A DNA stretch of 54,167 bases from Octopus sinensis (lineage: Eukaryota), in contig NW_021834324.1 of the NCBI RefSeq assembly GCF_006345805.1, forward strand, positions 1 through 54,167, read 5' to 3'. Shown piece by piece: positions 50,172-54,167 of the stretch. Numbering within the stretch: the stretch's first letter is position 1; every line of letters starts with the position of its first letter. The position numbers and the translations under genes are program-made. The notes beneath the pieces were generated by a model, which was given only the letters and a program-made list of their open reading frames with translations, did no database searches and had not been told where the DNA came from.

Positions 50172-50537
50172 TCTCTATATATATAAACGGCAAAATGTCT
50201 CTGTGTGTGTCCTTTATACAAATCCACAATTTTTCCGTTAGAGGGCTCGCACTTTCTATGGTCATTCAAAACCGTCCAAGGGTGGTCGTGCATATCTTTA
50301 TATTTGCCCAGTCACCCCCACAAAGCCATTAAAAAATCAATAGAAGTGACTTTTTTTGTGAATTTTCTATCCCAAACCCAATCAAAATGCCCGAAACTTG
50401 ATACGCCAATTGAATGCCAGCTAGCTGCATGTGATTGGTCGGAGATTTGGGCAGTACTCGCGTATATGCGCGCATGCACGCAGCTGTATATGCATGCACT
50501 AGCACTATGACCCGACAACGCCGGGTCATAGTGCTAG
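50172..50537 (+). mobile_element. Non-autonomous Helitron
   Basis: A|TC start (TCTCTATATATATAAA), 3' hairpin, CTAG|T end, no TSD. Confidence 0.8.
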
Positions 50538-50796
50538 TATTTAATAAAAAGGAACGGGAGAAACACGTTTGATAAGTAGTCCTAGATAACCCCTAAGAAG
50601 ACAAGATTAACAGGAACACCAACAGCACTATCTTTCTCATCCGGTCTATGTCGTTACAACTCGAGAGAACTATTTGTCTGAAATGTGTGAAAGGAGGAGG
50701 AGGAGGAAAGAGAGGAGGAAAATGGTGGTATGAGAATTCCCTCTTGTGTAAAGAGTAAACCCTAGAGGGAGGTGTATATAACTGTAGGGTGTAGAT

Positions 50797-51148
50797 CGGA
50801 GGTTCTCAACCATTTTTTTTATCTATGGACTCATTTAATTACTATTTTATTCTGGTGGACCCCCAGAGCCATTCGACGTTTAAAAACCAGTTATATAGAA
50901 ACTTGTTTCAAAATTCATCTTTTGTTTTTCACACATTAACTTTGTTCAGGTTGAACTACGTAAAATGTTAGAGAAAGAAACCTAAACGTTTCTTGCAATA
51001 CATACCAATGCATACATCTGAACCTAAACTTTTTCAGGGACCCTTAAAATACTATTGCGGATCTCCAATTTACTATTTTGTTGCGTGGACCCCCTAAAAT
51101 CTTATACGGACCCCCAAGAGCCATATGGATCCTGGTTGAGAACCACTG
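50797..51148. mobile_element. hAT (Charlie-like) MITE
   Basis: TIRs CGGAGGTTCTCAACC / GGTTGAGAACCACTG; exact 8-bp TSD GTGTAGAT at 50789-50796 and 51149-51156. Confidence 0.9.
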
Positions 51149-51652
51149 GTGTAGATAATGTAGAGGCCAACGTTTTGAACAGAAACCTTCCCTCGGAAAA
51201 GAAATGGACGCATATTGGACGTATCATAAGATTAAACAGTCTCAAATAGAGAAATGAACAGGCATAGGGTCACAAGATCTCACGAGAGACTCGACTCGAC
51301 TCGACGTTAACTTACAACCAAACGATATATAATGCTTCACCTTAAATAACCAAATTCGTTCCTGACAGCTTCAGATGATTAGCAGCTTCCAAGTTCTTGT
51401 GATATCGTAAACTTTCATTCACATAAGCTCTCCCCTTCAAAGACCATAATAAATAATAAATAATTCCCGATAATAGTTGAGTAGGGGCTTGGAGAAACGA
51501 AATTAATTCACTGACACCTAATATGACACAAAAATAAAATCATAGATTCAAATTTCGTGGATGATGATGATGAGGTGGATTATGATTAGGAATATGATAA
51601 TGATGATGATGATGATGATGATGATAATAATAATAATAATAATAATGATGAT

Positions 51653-51699
<47 letters not shown>

Positions 51700-51810
51700 T
51701 AATAATAATAATCGACCAATTTTGTACGTTACCTTAGCATTAATAGAACTCACGGTCGAAAGTGCAAAATAATAAAGAAATAAAACATTCCTGCAAAACT
51801 ATAGAGAGGA

Positions 51811-52179
51811 TATTCTTTTCTACTCTAGGAACAATGCCCGAAATTTTTTGTGGGAGGGAGCTAGTCGATTAGATCGATCCCAGTACGCAACTGGTACTTA
51901 ATTTATCGACCCCAAAAGGCAAAGTAGATCTCAGAACGTAACGGCAGACGAAATACCTATTTCTTTACTACCCACAAGGGGCTAAAAACAGCGGGGACGA
52001 ACAAGGACAAACAAACGGATTAAGTCGATTATATCGACCCCAGTGCGTAACTGGTACTTATTTAATCGACCCCGAAATGATGAAAGGCAAAGTCGACCTC
52101 GGCGGAATTTGAACTCAGAACGTAACGGCAGACGAAATACGGCTATGCATTTCGCCCGATTCTGCCAGCTGGCCGCCTT
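51811..52179 (-). mobile_element. SINE family B dimer
   Basis: Junction reverse complement GACGAAATACCTATTTCTTT at 51947-51966. Confidence 0.85.
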
Positions 52180-52309
52180 TATAGTGATTATAATAAATAT
52201 AGAGGGAATAAATATGAAGTTATTTAATGTAGAATTTTTCTCCGTAAAATTTTGTGCATAGTGGCAGAATTGATAGAGCAGTGGGTTAAATGCATTGCTC
52301 TATTTGCTG

Positions 52310-52580
52310 TTTCATCCTTTAGAAGGAACAGCTGTTTGTTCCTTCTCGAGCCACGCCTGGCTCATAAGGGCCGGTTTTCCGGTTTCCTTGGCGTATAGGT
52401 AAAGAGTGAGAGAAAGTTGTGGCGAAAGAGTTAGCAAAAGTTCGCCATTATCTTCTGCCGGAGCCGCGTAGAACTTAGGCGTTTCGCTCATAAACACACA
52501 CATCGGCCGGTCTGAGATCCGAACCCGCGATTCCTCGACCGCGAGTCCGCTGCTTTAGCAACTAAGCCATGTGCTTCCAC
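52310..52580 (-). mobile_element. SINE family C head with a different 3' tail
   Basis: 52401-52580 matches the C head and body; 52310-52400 is unrelated to the tail of other C copies. Confidence 0.7.
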
Positions 52581-52768
52581 TCTATTTAGTAACATTCATT
52601 TATGTTTGTGTTCAAACACAAATGTCTAATTAATCCTCCATTTCCCCCGTTACCAGTATAATGATTGCTAGTCATATATTGTCGGTCGTTTCAATCGACT
52701 GTAATCGCCTTCCCTTAAAACTTTGCATTTTTATATCAAGGTTAGAAATTGTCATACCACAAATGTAT

Positions 52769-52817
<49 letters not shown>

Positions 52818-53194
52818 TAAATATCTATCAATAAATCATCTGGGCCATAAATGTGTTCTATTCTAAGTCTAAGTTCCTTGCCTACTGGTAATATGGTCGG
52901 TCAAGTTGTCGTGCTGGTAACAGCTATTCACCCGGAAACACGTCTCCACGCTTTTCCTTCATCTCCTGACAATAAACCCGTCCTTTTCCTTAATGTCATG
53001 TCAAATATTGAGAATTAAATCTTGTGATTATCTCCCCTTTCATACGTTTGTATTTCTCTCTCTCTTTCTCTCTCTCTCACTACCTCTCTTTTCATATATA
53101 CATAAAATAATATATAATAATAAAATGTGTATGCATTATATATATATATTATATACATTCATATGTATGTATATATATGTGTGTGTGTATATAT

Positions 53195-53241
<47 letters not shown>

Positions 53242-54071
53242 CATCTCAGCTAGGTCATCCCATAGAACGCGCCAATATATATGTGGTTTATTGATAGATA
53301 TTTATGCAAGTATATACACATTCACTCATAGACACACAAACATATTCGTGGAGAATATTTCTACTTGTAAACAAATAGGTGTCAACACACCAAGTTAGTT
53401 CGAATCGCCTCCAAACCAGACTGATGGATTCATACAGTTCGGAGTAGTTATCTCCTCTTCAGTACCAGACACAGGAAGGAGGAAGCGGCCACGGACTAAC
53501 TTGAGATAGATCACTCCTACATATAAGAATGGAAACTGCAGTTGGCCTCCGCGAGATTTGTGCTCATGACAACTTTGTCCGATACACAAACGCAGTAGCT
53601 CTCGATCTTATTGACTTCGTGAACACTGTAGATGCAACAATTAAATACTGATACACGTCGCATGGAAGCTTAAAATAAGAGCAAACTATATTTTAAAGTT
53701 TAAAATTTTGAACATTAAATACAAAATACCTATTTCAGACTTTGCTGGTTAATGATACATGTATATCATGAGTAAATCATTTTTGAAGACAGTCAGATGT
53801 TTTTATTATGAATTTTGTAAAACATTTACTTATTACTAGGAAAGTGCCTCATGCAGCGTACCATTTTGCTATGACTCGATGCTTTGAGAACAGTTGCTAG
53901 AAAGACTGTACTGAATGTACTTCACGTAAATAATGGAGATTCATTAAGATGTTTGAATTTAATTAATTTAGCTTCGAATACATGTTTATATTATCTACAA
54001 AGTTAAACAGGCTTTCATATAAAGTATATATATGCAAGACTCTCTTTCTCTCTCTCTAATATGTATATACA

Positions 54072-54167
54072 TAGCGGCGATCTGGCAGAAACATAGCACA
54101 CCGGGCGAAATGCTTAGCGGTATTTCGTATGCCGCTACGTTCTGAGTTCAAATTCCGCCGAGGTCGA
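54072..54167 (+). mobile_element. SINE family B, cut by the window end
   Basis: GCGGCGATCTGGCAGAAAC...GAGTTCAAATTCCGCCGAGGTCGA. Confidence 0.85.

Overview
AT-rich eukaryotic, essentially non-coding window with very dense (TA)n/(CA)n/(GATA)n/(TAA)n microsatellites. The microsatellite load and the SINE families look like an octopod cephalopod genome (inference from recalled repeat families, not verified). No host gene can be called with confidence; most ORFs in the track are microsatellite translations or transposon remnants. Supported content: a near-full-length decayed R4/Dong-clade LINE (RT plus restriction-like endonuclease, 4.1-7.6 kb, minus) and several other R4 fragments mostly next to (TAA)n; two 5'-truncated CR1/L2-group LINE ends; Tc1/maT and mariner fragments; a hAT MITE with an 8-bp TSD; a non-autonomous Helitron; a foldback element; a 20-bp minisatellite; and dozens of copies of at least three tRNA-headed SINE families (my labels A, B, C). 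Most notable: (1) Penelope-type hammerhead ribozyme motifs in three unrelated short repeat families, one with an intact core (18581-18663, minus) and one whose inverted partner copy begins at the predicted cleavage site; (2) a 3' stem-loop shared, with compensatory changes, by SINE A and the CR1-like LINE; (3) a pre-miRNA-sized hairpin; (4) a candidate 6-nt microexon beside an ETS-CRE promoter motif; (5) weak candidate exons of a cysteine-rich minus-strand protein.
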